Positions 36,543 through 45,854 of a stretch of 64,000 nt of DNA are shown here, one piece after another. This DNA comes from Limnothrix sp. BL-A-16. Lineage in GTDB: Bacteria; Cyanobacteriota; Cyanobacteriia; CACIAM-69d. Position numbers and translations under genes: made by a program. A model generated the notes under the pieces. The model did not search any database. It had not been told where the DNA came from and saw nothing but the letters and a program-made list of their open reading frames with translations. Each line of letters starts with the position of its first letter. Position 1 is the first letter of the stretch. The stretch covers positions 3,040,001 through 3,104,000 of the forward strand of contig CP166615.1 of NCBI GenBank assembly GCA_041937175.2, read 5' to 3'.

Positions 36543-38531
36543 ATGATTGCTTCTGCCTTTGCCGAATCGGAGCTATTTCCCCAGGATCGGGCCCAGATGG
36601 GCCGTGCCGTGGATTATTCGGGCGCACAAAATTTGACTCAGGTGTGGGTGCGGGCGGCCCAACGCTTTGGCACGTTGCCGGCCCTGCGCGATTGCCACTC
36701 GTCACCAGCGCTGGAGCTGAATTTTGCGGAACTGCTGGAATATCTGCAAACGTTTGCGGCGGGACTGCAAACGCTGCTGAGTCCTGAGGATGCCAGTGCG
36801 CGGGAGGAGGCCGGATTGGCTGTGCCGCCTCGGGTGGCGCTGTTTGCGGACAACAGTGCTCGGTGGTTTGTGGCGGATCAGGGCACGATGGCGGCGGGGT
36901 TTGCCAATGCGGTGCGAAGTTCTTTGGCGGAAACGGAGGAATTGCGCTACATCCTGGCGGACAGTGGGGCGCGACTCTTGATTGTTGAGAATCAAAAGAC
37001 GCTGAATCGGTTGGCCGATCGCCTGGGAGATTTGCCTTTGGTGGCGATCGTGCTGTTGTCGGATGAGGAGCCGGTGCGATCGGGCGCGATCGGGGATGAT
37101 GTGTTGCTTTTGAATTTTTTGGAGTTGCTGGAGCGGGGGCGCGATCGCCTGAAAACTCACCCTTGGCAGCCGCCCCAACAGGATCCAAACACCCTAGCCA
37201 CGCTGATCTATACCTCCGGAACCACGGGGCAACCGAAGGGGGTGATGTTGTCCCACGGGAACTATCTCTATCAGCTCAGTGCGTTCCGAACGGTGGTGGC
37301 TCCCCAACCGGGCGATCGGGTGTTGACGCTGTTGCCCACCTGGCACTCTTTTGGCCGCATTGGGGACTATTACTTGCTCTGTCAAGGTTGCGTTTTGGTT
37401 TACACCAACATTCGCCAGCTCAAGGCGGATTTGAAGACCCATCGCCCCCAATACATGATGGCTGTGCCGCGCCTGTGGGAGTCGATTTATGAAGGGGTGC
37501 AAAAGCAATTCCAATCCCAACCGGCCAGTACCCAAAAAATTGCCCAAACCTTTTTGGGGTTCAGTGAGCGTTACGTGCGGGCCAAGCGCCGCTGGCAGGG
37601 GCTGGAGTTGCGATCGAAACCGGCAGCGGGTTTGGAAAAATTGCTGGCGGGGGCAGGGGCGATCGCCCATTGGCCGCTGCACCGATTGGGCGATCGACTG
37701 GTGTATCAAAAAATTCGGCAAGCCACCGGGGGCGAGCTGCGGTATGCCATCAGTGGCGGCGGTTCCTTGGCGGCCCACCTGGAAATGTTCTTTGAGATTG
37801 TGGGGGTGAATGTGCTGGTGGGCTATGGTCTGACGGAGACTTCCCCGGTGCTGACGGTGCGACGTAATTGGCGAAATTTGCGGGGGACTTCTGGGCTGCC
37901 GCTGCCGGCCACGGAGTTGCGATCGGTTGATTTGGAAACCCGCCAGCCGCTGCCAGCGGGCGAAAAGGGCCTGATTCTGGCCCGGGGCCCACAAATCATG
38001 GCGGGCTACTTTGGCAAACCGGAGGCAACGGCAAAGGCGATCGACCCGGAAGGCTGGTTTGATACGGGAGATTTGGGTTGGCTGTCGCCGCTCAGGGACA
38101 TCACCATCACCGGTCGAGCCAAGGACACGATCGTCCTGACCAATGGGGAAAATATTGAACCCCAGCCGATCGAGGATGCCTGTATTCGCAGTCCCTACAT
38201 CAGCCAAATTGTGTTGGTGGGTCAAGACCAAAAGACGCTCGGGGCTTTGATTGTGCCCAACCAGGAGGCGATCGCCGCTTGGGCCACAGAGCAGGGGCTT
38301 GATCCGGTGGATCTCCAAAGCGATCGGGTACAGGCCTTGATTCGAGATGAGTTGGCGCGGGAAGTGAAAAATCGCCCCGGTTACAAAGCCGAAGAACGCA
38401 TTAGCATCTTCCGTTTTTTGGCGGAACCCCTGTCGATCGAAAACGGTCTGTTAACCCAAACGATGAAAGTGCGCCGAAACGTGGTGTTTGAGCGGTTTGC
38501 GGATTTGATCACTGCCATGTTTGCCAGCTAG
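36543..38531 (+). CDS. aas: Long-chain acyl-ACP/CoA synthetase
   Basis: IYTSGTTGQPKG, GYGLTET, WFDTGDLG, GRAKDTIVL.NGENIEPQPIED and LLTQTMKVRR motifs. Confidence 0.85.
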   Translation: MIASAFAESELFPQDRAQMGRAVDYSGAQNLTQVWVRAAQRFGTLPALRDCHSSPALELNFAELLEYLQTFAAGLQTLLSPEDASAREEAGLAVPPRVALFADNSARWFVADQGTMAAGFANAVRSSLAETEELRYILADSGARLLIVENQKTLNRLADRLGDLPLVAIVLLSDEEPVRSGAIGDDVLLLNFLELLERGRDRLKTHPWQPPQQDPNTLATLIYTSGTTGQPKGVMLSHGNYLYQLSAFRTVVAPQPGDRVLTLLPTWHSFGRIGDYYLLCQGCVLVYTNIRQLKADLKTHRPQYMMAVPRLWESIYEGVQKQFQSQPASTQKIAQTFLGFSERYVRAKRRWQGLELRSKPAAGLEKLLAGAGAIAHWPLHRLGDRLVYQKIRQATGGELRYAISGGGSLAAHLEMFFEIVGVNVLVGYGLTETSPVLTVRRNWRNLRGTSGLPLPATELRSVDLETRQPLPAGEKGLILARGPQIMAGYFGKPEATAKAIDPEGWFDTGDLGWLSPLRDITITGRAKDTIVLTNGENIEPQPIEDACIRSPYISQIVLVGQDQKTLGALIVPNQEAIAAWATEQGLDPVDLQSDRVQALIRDELAREVKNRPGYKAEERISIFRFLAEPLSIENGLLTQTMKVRRNVVFERFADLITAMFAS

Positions 38532-38574
38532 CCCCCTAGGGCGATCGCTGCTTTGGCCCTTGGCCACTCCTTTA

Positions 38575-38704
38575 GAGGATGTCTGAAAAGCCCAAATTGC
38601 TACTCTGTACGCCCCAGTGATCGACTCAGACAAGGGGCTTAAGCCCCTTGTCCCTACGACTATTGGTGCTTGCCCGTGCCAAAGAATACTTTTTAAACAT
38701 CCTC
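38575..38704. mobile_element. MITE-like element, shell type B (copy 2)
   Basis: TIRs GAGGATGTCTGAAAAG / CTTTTTAAACATCCTC with a perfect 3-bp direct repeat TTA on both sides. 24-bp perfect palindrome GACAAGGGGCTTAAGCCCCTTGTC at 38629-38652. Confidence 0.85.
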
Positions 38705-38750
38705 TTAGGCTTTGATCGCCCCTGAAATAGGTTTGAGAAACCCAGTTGCA

Positions 38751-39380
38751 ATGATGTTCCAGGATCCAGCCTTGTTCAAACAGTTCCTTGGGCGGGCCGC
38801 CTTGCTCTCCGTGCTGCTCTGCGCTGGCGGCGCGGCCCGGGCGGGCGATCGCCCAGGGATGCCGGTTGCAAGGGAACAGCCGATTTCGGTTCAAGAACGG
38901 CGCATGGAACTGGTTTCGATCGCGGATCTGTTAGCCAATCCGCAACGGTGGGTCGATCGACTCATTGAAGTGCGGGGCCGTTTGCAACCCAGCCCGGATC
39001 CACAGGGGGCGATCGGCTGCACCCGTATGGCCTGTCCTTTTCCCAGCACCGCCCAACCCGGTGACCAGCGAGATTGCAATCGCTGCCAAGGGCCCGCCGG
39101 GTTACAAGCGGGGTCTCAATGGTTAGCCCTCAGCAATTTGCGGTGTACGGGCGTTGAGCAACTGACTTTGCGCCCGGGTGGTCAGGTCGATCGCGCCATT
39201 CGTTGGGAAAGTGCCCAACTGGAGGATCAAGCCTGGAGCCTCGATCGGTCTTACAGTGCCGTGGGAATCTTGCGGCGCAATACCGGCCCCGGGGCCGATC
39301 GCACCCGATACGAATTGGAGGTTCGATCGCTAGTAAACCTCGATCAAAATTCCTCTGAGCCGATTCCTGGACTCTGGTAG
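38751..39380 (+). CDS. Hypothetical exported Cys-containing protein
   Basis: Signal-peptide-like AALLSVLLCAGGAARA; CTRMAC and CNRC motifs; ORF fills the gap and is followed by a terminator. Confidence 0.6.
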   Translation: MMFQDPALFKQFLGRAALLSVLLCAGGAARAGDRPGMPVAREQPISVQERRMELVSIADLLANPQRWVDRLIEVRGRLQPSPDPQGAIGCTRMACPFPSTAQPGDQRDCNRCQGPAGLQAGSQWLALSNLRCTGVEQLTLRPGGQVDRAIRWESAQLEDQAWSLDRSYSAVGILRRNTGPGADRTRYELEVRSLVNLDQNSSEPIPGLW

Positions 39381-39385
39381 CGCTC

Positions 39386-39429
39386 AATCAAAAGCGAGAT
39401 CCCCTCAAAGGAAGACCTCGCTTTTGATT
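39386..39429. terminator. Bidirectional terminator between convergent genes
   Basis: AATCAAAAGCGAG ... CTCGCTTTTGATT inverted repeat. Confidence 0.7.
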
Positions 39430-39462
39430 TAGATCGGTTTGCAGATTGATTGGTTGGCAAAT

Positions 39463-40647
39463 TTAGCGATCGACCGATCCCATAATCACGTCGATGCTGC
39501 CCAGAATCGCCATGATGTCCGCCACCTTCACGCCCTTCAGCAAGTGCGGCAGAATTTGCAAATTGGTGAAGTCCGGAGCCTTGATCTTGAAGCGCCAGGG
39601 GAACACATTGTCATCGCCCACGATGAACACGCCCAGTTCGCCCTTACCGCTTTCCAGGCGCACATAATGCTCGCCCTTGGGAATCTTGAACGTGGGAGCC
39701 AACTTCTTGCCAATGAATTGGTAGTCAAAGCCGTTCCATTCGGACTTTGGCCCACTCAGCATCCGTTGGGCTTCCAGGTTTTCGTAGGGGCCGCCAGGGA
39801 TCTGATCCAGCGCTTGCAAGAGCATCTTGTTCGACTCGCGCATTTCCCGCACCCGCACCAGGTAGCGAGCGAAGCAGTCGCCGCCGGTTTCCCACTGCAC
39901 ATCCCAATCCAGTTCGTCGTAGCACTCGTAGTGATCGACTTTCCGCAGATCCCACTTCACGCCCGAACCGCGCAGCATCGGGCCCGATAGACCCCAGTTG
40001 ATTGCTTCTTCGCGGCTGATTGTGCCAATGCCTTCCACGCGGCGGCGGAAGATTGGGTTATTGGTGATTAGCTTTTCGTATTCGTCGATTTTGGGCGCGA
40101 AGTAGTTGCAGAAGTCGCGGCACTTGTCGATCCAGCCGTAGGGTAGGTCGGCAGCCACGCCGCCCATGCGGAAATAGTTGTTGTTAATCAGTCGTGCGCC
40201 CGTGGCCGCTTCCCACAGGTCATAGATCATCTCCCGTTCGCGGAAGATGTAGAAGAAGGGGGTTTGCGCACCCACATCAGCCAGGAAGGGGCCAAGCCAC
40301 AGCAGGTGGTTGGCGATTCGGTTCAGCTCCAGCATGATCATGCGGATGTAGCTGGCGCGGCGGGGCACTTCAATGCCGGCGAGCTTTTCAGGAGCGTTAA
40401 CCGTGATCGCTTCGTTGAACATCCCGGCGGCGTAGTCCCACCGACTGACGTAGGGCACAAACATAATGTTGGTGCGGTTTTCGGCGATTTTCTCCATGCC
40501 GCGATGGAGATAGCCAATGACGGGTTCGCAGTCGAGGACGTTTTCGCCGTCGAGGGTGACGATGAGCCGCAACACGCCGTGCATGGACGGGTGATGGGGG
40601 CCCATGTTCACGACCATCGGTTCGGTTTTGGTTTCAATCCGGGTCAT
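39463..40647 (-). CDS. ndhH: NAD(P)H-quinone oxidoreductase subunit H
   Basis: [37 protein letters not shown] and C-terminal [12 protein letters not shown]; 394 aa from ATG 40647. Confidence 0.98.
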   Translation of the reverse strand: MTRIETKTEPMVVNMGPHHPSMHGVLRLIVTLDGENVLDCEPVIGYLHRGMEKIAENRTNIMFVPYVSRWDYAAGMFNEAITVNAPEKLAGIEVPRRASYIRMIMLELNRIANHLLWLGPFLADVGAQTPFFYIFREREMIYDLWEAATGARLINNNYFRMGGVAADLPYGWIDKCRDFCNYFAPKIDEYEKLITNNPIFRRRVEGIGTISREEAINWGLSGPMLRGSGVKWDLRKVDHYECYDELDWDVQWETGGDCFARYLVRVREMRESNKMLLQALDQIPGGPYENLEAQRMLSGPKSEWNGFDYQFIGKKLAPTFKIPKGEHYVRLESGKGELGVFIVGDDNVFPWRFKIKAPDFTNLQILPHLLKGVKVADIMAILGSIDVIMGSVDR

Positions 40648-41128
40648 AGGATCGATCGGTCTCCGTTGGTGGTTGCACTGGGCATCGCGTGTGGGCGATC
40701 GCCGCGTTGAATCAAGTCGGTGGCTGGGCGCACGACCGGTGGATGGCGATGGAACACCGCTTGCCATTATCAACCGAAATTGCGGCGGACTGGCGGATCA
40801 GTGGGGAGCGATCGATTGTTTTTTGTTTGATCGCCCATAATCGCGGTTGTCGGTCATGGCAATTCGGGCATGGCAATTCGGGCATGGCAATTACGGGCAA
40901 TTGCGGGTGAGTTGCCCATCGTCACCCCGCTGGACTCCTCTTTGGACTCCTCATCGGTAATGGGTCTTAATCCATCCTGCTTAATTCTGATTCATCCTGA
41001 TTAATCCTGCTGGCTCTTGATTCTGCTCAATTCTGGTTAATGTTTGATGCCTGATGCCTGAGGAATCGCAAGGGCCATGGGACAATGAAGCGACAGAAAT
41101 TCAAAAGCGCCCCTTCAGGACTTGATCC

Positions 41129-42022
41129 ATGGCTAATAGTTGGTGGGAAATCAACATTCGCTGCCACCCATTACTCGAAGACACCGTTTATTGGCGAACT
41201 CAAGATTTTGGTTGCCGAGGCACCTCTAGCCAATATAAAGGCAAGAATTGTTTGATTTCCGCCTATTTGCCCCAAGAGCAGGCGCAACTCTTAGATCTTT
41301 CTGCCCTGGCGCTTTGGTTACGCCAAGATGCCATTTTGGCCAATTTGCCTGAGCCAACAGTCAAATGGAATTTGATTGATGAAGAGGATTGGTCGAGCAG
41401 TTGGAAAGAACATTGGCAGCCGCAAGAAGTGGGCGATCAGTTCTTGATTTGTCCGGCTTGGTTGGATGTGCCGGAAGCGGGTAAGCGGGTAGTGGTGCGT
41501 TTGGATCCGGGGGTTGCCTTTGGCACGGGGGCCCATCCCACCACTCAGCTCTGCATGGAGTCGATGGAGATGCGCTTTGACGGCAAGCCCACGGAGCAGA
41601 TCATTGCGGACATTGGTTGTGGGTCGGGAATTTTGGCGATCGGGGCGTTGTTGGTGGGGGCCAAAACTGCCTACGCGGTGGATATTGATCCCTTATGTTT
41701 GCGGGCAACCCAAGAGAATATTTCACTGAATCAGATTCAGCCCGATCGGGTGCATCTGGAGCAGGGATCTTTTGAGAAGCTACAAGAGATGTTGGGCGAT
41801 CAAAAAGTGGATGGCTTTTTCTGCAATATTTTGGCGGAAGTGATTGTGGATTTGATTCCGCAATTAGAGCAAATTAGCCATCAAAAGACTTGGGGCGTTT
41901 TGAGTGGCATTTTGTTAGATCAAGCCAAGGCAATTTCTGACACGTTGGAGCAAAGTGGTTGGATTGTGGCCACGTTGTGGAAGCGTCAGGAATGGTGCTG
42001 TATTAATGTGCGGCGATCGTAA
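41129..42022 (+). CDS. prmA: Ribosomal protein L11 methyltransferase
   Basis: EEDWSSSWK, LDPGVAFGTGAHPTT, DIGCGSGIL, NILA and LSGIL motifs. Confidence 0.95.
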   Translation: MANSWWEINIRCHPLLEDTVYWRTQDFGCRGTSSQYKGKNCLISAYLPQEQAQLLDLSALALWLRQDAILANLPEPTVKWNLIDEEDWSSSWKEHWQPQEVGDQFLICPAWLDVPEAGKRVVVRLDPGVAFGTGAHPTTQLCMESMEMRFDGKPTEQIIADIGCGSGILAIGALLVGAKTAYAVDIDPLCLRATQENISLNQIQPDRVHLEQGSFEKLQEMLGDQKVDGFFCNILAEVIVDLIPQLEQISHQKTWGVLSGILLDQAKAISDTLEQSGWIVATLWKRQEWCCINVRRS

Positions 42023-42178
42023 AGAAATGGATCTAGTTCTGGTTTGATGCTGGTCGAATTGCGATCGCCGGATCATCGCTCATCACCAGCGTCAATTTGC
42101 CCAAGCGCGAGATCGAATCCTGGGCGATCGAACGCTTGGTTGATTGATTACAGCTTTGATCGCAGATTTGATCGCAGA

Positions 42179-42430
42179 TTACAGGTGGCTTTGGGCTGCG
42201 CAAAGTCGGGTAATTTGGCGCTTGGGGCCCACGGAAACCAGATCGCAACTGAGGCGATCGCCCTGGCCCACTTGGCTCAATTGTTGTTTGCCCGCTTGCC
42301 AATGGCTGGCCATTTGGTTGAACCAGCGCCCGGCCAGGTTTCCAGATCTGGCGGAGGCCACATCTTCAACGGTGGCCACCGCGATCGCCCCCAACAAAAC
42401 CATGCTCGCGATTTGAATTAGACGCTTCAT
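42179..42430 (-). CDS. Small hypothetical protein with signal-peptide-like N-terminus
   Basis: MKRLIQIASMVLLGAIAVATVEDVASA..., with two Cys in the mature part. No recognisable family. Confidence 0.4.
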   Translation of the reverse strand: MKRLIQIASMVLLGAIAVATVEDVASARSGNLAGRWFNQMASHWQAGKQQLSQVGQGDRLSCDLVSVGPKRQITRLCAAQSHL

Positions 42431-42737
42431 AAAAACGGGCACTCCAGCGGATCGTAGCCAGAAATTGGATTCACTCAACAACACCAGCCGATCGGGGTGA
42501 TTGTGCTGCGATGTTCATGGGCTGCGGCGCTCAGCGTTGAATCGCAGGATCGCTCAGCCTGGCACTGCTGCCCAATCCCTGCAACACCACTGCTACAGCC
42601 TTACTGTTGAATATGCCCTGCAACAGGACGATCGCTTCAGGTAGAAGGCCAGTTTAACAACTGCTTGAAGGTTCTGCTGCAAAACGGCTTAAAGACTTGC
42701 TTAAAACCTTGCTTAAAAAATCTGCAGAAATCTTGTT

Positions 42738-43940
42738 TTAGAGTTTTAGTTCTGGCTGAGTCTGGCTAAATGGCAACTCAGCGTTAATGGCATCAATTTG
42801 TTGTTGTTCATATTGATTAATTTCATCGATATAGGTTCGCAAAATGCGATCGAGCCGGGGGTGATAAAGCCGGTGCAGGCTGTGGTTAGGGGTTGCCGGG
42901 AATCCGCGCCGCCGTTTGTGTTGTCCCCCCGCGCCGGGGTCAAAGAGTTGAATTCCGTGGGCGATCGCCCAGTCGATCGGCTCGTAATAACAGGCGTTGA
43001 AGTGCAGATGGTCAATTTCCCGAGTGCAACCCCAATAGCGACCGTAGAGCCGATCGCCCTTGGTGATGCAAAAGGAGAGGGCGATCGGGTGGCGATCGGC
43101 ACCGTGGGCATGGGCCGTAAACAACACCACGCGATCGGCTAATTGATCGGCCAAATCCACAAAAAACTTGCGTGTTAAATACTTACTGCCGCCCCAAAAC
43201 TTCTCGCAAGTGCTGCTGTAAAAATCATAAACCTTGGAAAAATAACCATGGGGAATTTGCGAACCCTGCCAGGTTTTGAACTCCAAGCCACTATTCACCA
43301 TCGATTTGCGCTCGCGCTTAATATTGCGGCGCTGATTGGCGTTGAAGCTAGCTAGATAATCTTCAAACGTTTGGTAGTTATGGCTTGTCCAAATGTAGCT
43401 GTGATGTTTCCAGGTAATGAAATCGCCTAAGGATTCCATGAGTTGTTGCCATTGGGGATCCACAAATAGAAAATGACAGCCCGACACATGATGTCGGCTA
43501 CAAAAATGATCGATTGCCCCCAGCATCATTTCAGTGATTGCCCGTTCATCTTCAGCGGGATCAATTAAGAATCGATAGCCTTCCGCTGGCGTAAAAGGGG
43601 TCATGCCTAACAGCTTGGGATAGTAATCAACCCCTAGGCGATAGGACAAATCTGCCCACTGCTGGTCAAACACAAATTCGCCATAACTGTGTCCCTTGAG
43701 ATACAGGGGAGCCGCCGCCACCAACTTTCCCGATCGGCGCACAACCAAGTGGGATGGCAACCAGCCTTCTTGAGGGATTGCGCTGCCCGATGTTTCCAAA
43801 TTATTCAACCAAGCCCATTCCAAAAAGGGAGTTTTTAGGGGGTTGGCTAATGCATCCCACTCCTGCGGACTCAGATCCGCCATCCGACTAACCCAAGAAA
43901 GTTCGTAGGCAATTTGTTCGGTGGTTGCGGTTTGGGCCAT
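42738..43940 (-). CDS. FemAB-like GNAT protein (DUF482)
   Basis: YLKGHSYGEFVFDQQWA, YYPKL, PFTP, LYGRYWG, LHFNACYY and GAGGQHK.RRGF motifs. Confidence 0.88.
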   Translation of the reverse strand: MAQTATTEQIAYELSWVSRMADLSPQEWDALANPLKTPFLEWAWLNNLETSGSAIPQEGWLPSHLVVRRSGKLVAAAPLYLKGHSYGEFVFDQQWADLSYRLGVDYYPKLLGMTPFTPAEGYRFLIDPAEDERAITEMMLGAIDHFCSRHHVSGCHFLFVDPQWQQLMESLGDFITWKHHSYIWTSHNYQTFEDYLASFNANQRRNIKRERKSMVNSGLEFKTWQGSQIPHGYFSKVYDFYSSTCEKFWGGSKYLTRKFFVDLADQLADRVVLFTAHAHGADRHPIALSFCITKGDRLYGRYWGCTREIDHLHFNACYYEPIDWAIAHGIQLFDPGAGGQHKRRRGFPATPNHSLHRLYHPRLDRILRTYIDEINQYEQQQIDAINAELPFSQTQPELKL

Positions 43941-44071
43941 GGTTCACAGGGCGATCGAGGGGGGCTGATCTGGTCAAAATGATGCGCAATCGGTGCTGCT
44001 CGGTCAACGGCAGCGCTTTCGATACCCTAGCGCGATCGCCCTAGGCTTTCAAGGCAAGTGAGACAAATGAC

Positions 44072-44113
44072 AAAACCCCGGAAGGTGGGGTGGTATCCAT
44101 CCTCCGGGGTTTT
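44072..44113. terminator. Intrinsic terminator downstream of the cytochrome b561 gene
   Basis: AAAACCCCGGA ... TCCGGGGTTTT inverted repeat. Confidence 0.65.
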
Positions 44114-44183
44114 CTCGCTGTGGGGAATCGGCTTTCCTCAGATAATTATCAGATCATTAGAAGTAACTGATGATTACCTGAAA

Positions 44184-44786
44184 TTACTTGAGGGCCGTTT
44201 TGGAATTGCTGGGGGATGATCTTTTCCAAAAGCCTGTCCAACGCCGCCAAAGAGCACGAACAACTTTCCACTGATCGATCGCGTGGGCAATCACAAACAC
44301 CAAGAAGCTATAGGAAAACCAAAAGTGCAAGCCGCGTCCCAAATCCACCATTTCAGAATTTTGGGGAAACAGTTCCGGCACAACAATGCCAAAGAATTTG
44401 ACATTATTAGGTCTAACGGAATTAGACAGAAAAACACCCGTGACCGGAACCACAATCATGAAGCCATAGAGGCTGCTATGCAGCAGAAATACACGCCACC
44501 AATGGGCGGACAGTTTGGGCAGCCGACGGGAATATTTGCGCCACCAAACTCGGAACAACAACAGCACCCGTCCCAACAACAAACCAATGGTTAAAATCCC
44601 GATCGACTTGTGAAAATCATAGAAACCGGGGCGAAAGGAAACCTCGCGCGGCAGTTGGGCCATGAAGGTTCCTCCCACAAACAAAACGAGATAGGCCAGC
44701 GCCATCCACCAATGCAAGGACATCAAATTTTGGAAGGCATTGTTGAGGCGGCGTTTGGGTGGGGCAACCTGGGCAGAATCAGCCAT
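44184..44786 (-). CDS. Cytochrome b561 (CybB/YceJ-like di-heme membrane protein)
   Basis: LHW, HKSIG, H..LY...PVTG and LH...AH heme-ligand pattern across four TM helices. Confidence 0.85.
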   Translation of the reverse strand: MADSAQVAPPKRRLNNAFQNLMSLHWWMALAYLVLFVGGTFMAQLPREVSFRPGFYDFHKSIGILTIGLLLGRVLLLFRVWWRKYSRRLPKLSAHWWRVFLLHSSLYGFMIVVPVTGVFLSNSVRPNNVKFFGIVVPELFPQNSEMVDLGRGLHFWFSYSFLVFVIAHAIDQWKVVRALWRRWTGFWKRSSPSNSKTALK

Positions 44787-45023
44787 GACGTTTGGGAGTT
44801 AGTCATCATTATTTAGTCATAATCATAACGAGTACATATTAAATTGTGGGTACTCGCAGCCACTTGTGGGGATTCAGCCAAACCGGTTGGGCATTGTCGG
44901 GGCGATCGCCACCCACAGCACGGCCCATAAGGGGAAACAGCGCGGTAGCATAGAGTGCGCCAAAGTGTGCGACACAATGCACACCCGAAACCTCAAAATC
45001 TGTCGGCTCGATCGCCCCTTCCT

Positions 45024-45623
45024 ATGGCTGAAAACTGGTTGGAATCCTTGGTTTGGACGGACTACCGCGTGGCGGTTTTGTTTACCGTTTTGATACCGCT
45101 AGGGCTGTTGCTGTGGGCGCTCGTGACCAAGGCCGACGCGCTGCAAAAGCTGATGGTGATCTATTGGCGGGTTTCGAGCCTGCTGGCCATCACGGTGTAT
45201 TTGATGATTGGCTCTTTGCCCGTGAGCTTTGTGGCGGCGCTGGGGGCGCGGGTGCTGATCCCGCTGGGGCTGTGGTTCTGGGTCGATTTAAATGAAGAAA
45301 TTGACGACCAACCCCAAGGCCGATTGAAGTTTGCGTTTAAGGCCTGGCGCTGGGCCATGACGATTTACTGCGCGATCGGGACGGTGGCGCAGGTTTTGAC
45401 CTTGCCCTGTGCCCTGAAACCCACCGAAGTGCTGGTGAAGGATGCGGCTTGCCGTGTTTGGTTGGAACCCACCTGGCTCTATCGGGAATATTTCCACAAC
45501 AATACCAATCCCAGTTTCTTGGGTGTGTTGGGGGTTTTAGGCTTGGCAATTTATGTCATTTATTTGGCCTATTTTGTGGTGTTTCGGTTGGGCAAACAGG
45601 GGCGATCGGCAACGGGGGTTTAG
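45024..45623 (+). CDS. DUF3177 family membrane protein
   Basis: LVWTDYR.AVLFTV, IYWRVSSLLAITVYLMI, LWFWVDLNEEI and RLGKQGRSA motifs. Confidence 0.8.
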   Translation: MAENWLESLVWTDYRVAVLFTVLIPLGLLLWALVTKADALQKLMVIYWRVSSLLAITVYLMIGSLPVSFVAALGARVLIPLGLWFWVDLNEEIDDQPQGRLKFAFKAWRWAMTIYCAIGTVAQVLTLPCALKPTEVLVKDAACRVWLEPTWLYREYFHNNTNPSFLGVLGVLGLAIYVIYLAYFVVFRLGKQGRSATGV

Positions 45624-45755
45624 GGCCTGTCGTCATTTCCTAGGATCAGGCGGAACCGATTGATTTTCCTTGTCCCAGTCGTTGTAACAAGGGGCTTGAG
45701 CATCTTGTCCCCCACGATCTGCCAACGGCGGAACCAGGGTTTCAATTGAAGCCCT
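45623..45755. mobile_element. MITE-like element, shell type A (copy 2, right end degenerate)
   Basis: Starts TA+GGGCCTGTCGTCATTT. Internal sequence aligns with the reverse complement of 13306-13438. Core is the variant CAAGGGGCTTGAGCATCTTG at 45688-45707. Confidence 0.6.
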
Positions 45756-45854
45756 GGGGTCTTGATGTTTCCGTTGCCAAATCTTGAGGGCAAGGGGCTG
45801 ACCGTTCTGGCCCAGGGCGATCGGGGTGTGGATTTGGATCTGCGAGGCGATCGC

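Noticed and set aside
40648..40773. N-terminal extension of NdhH in the ORF track (likewise for lpxA, pgeF, ylqD, nblA and the PEP-CTERM gene)
   Set aside because: The family-typical N-termini begin at downstream starts; the extensions are longest-ORF artefacts.
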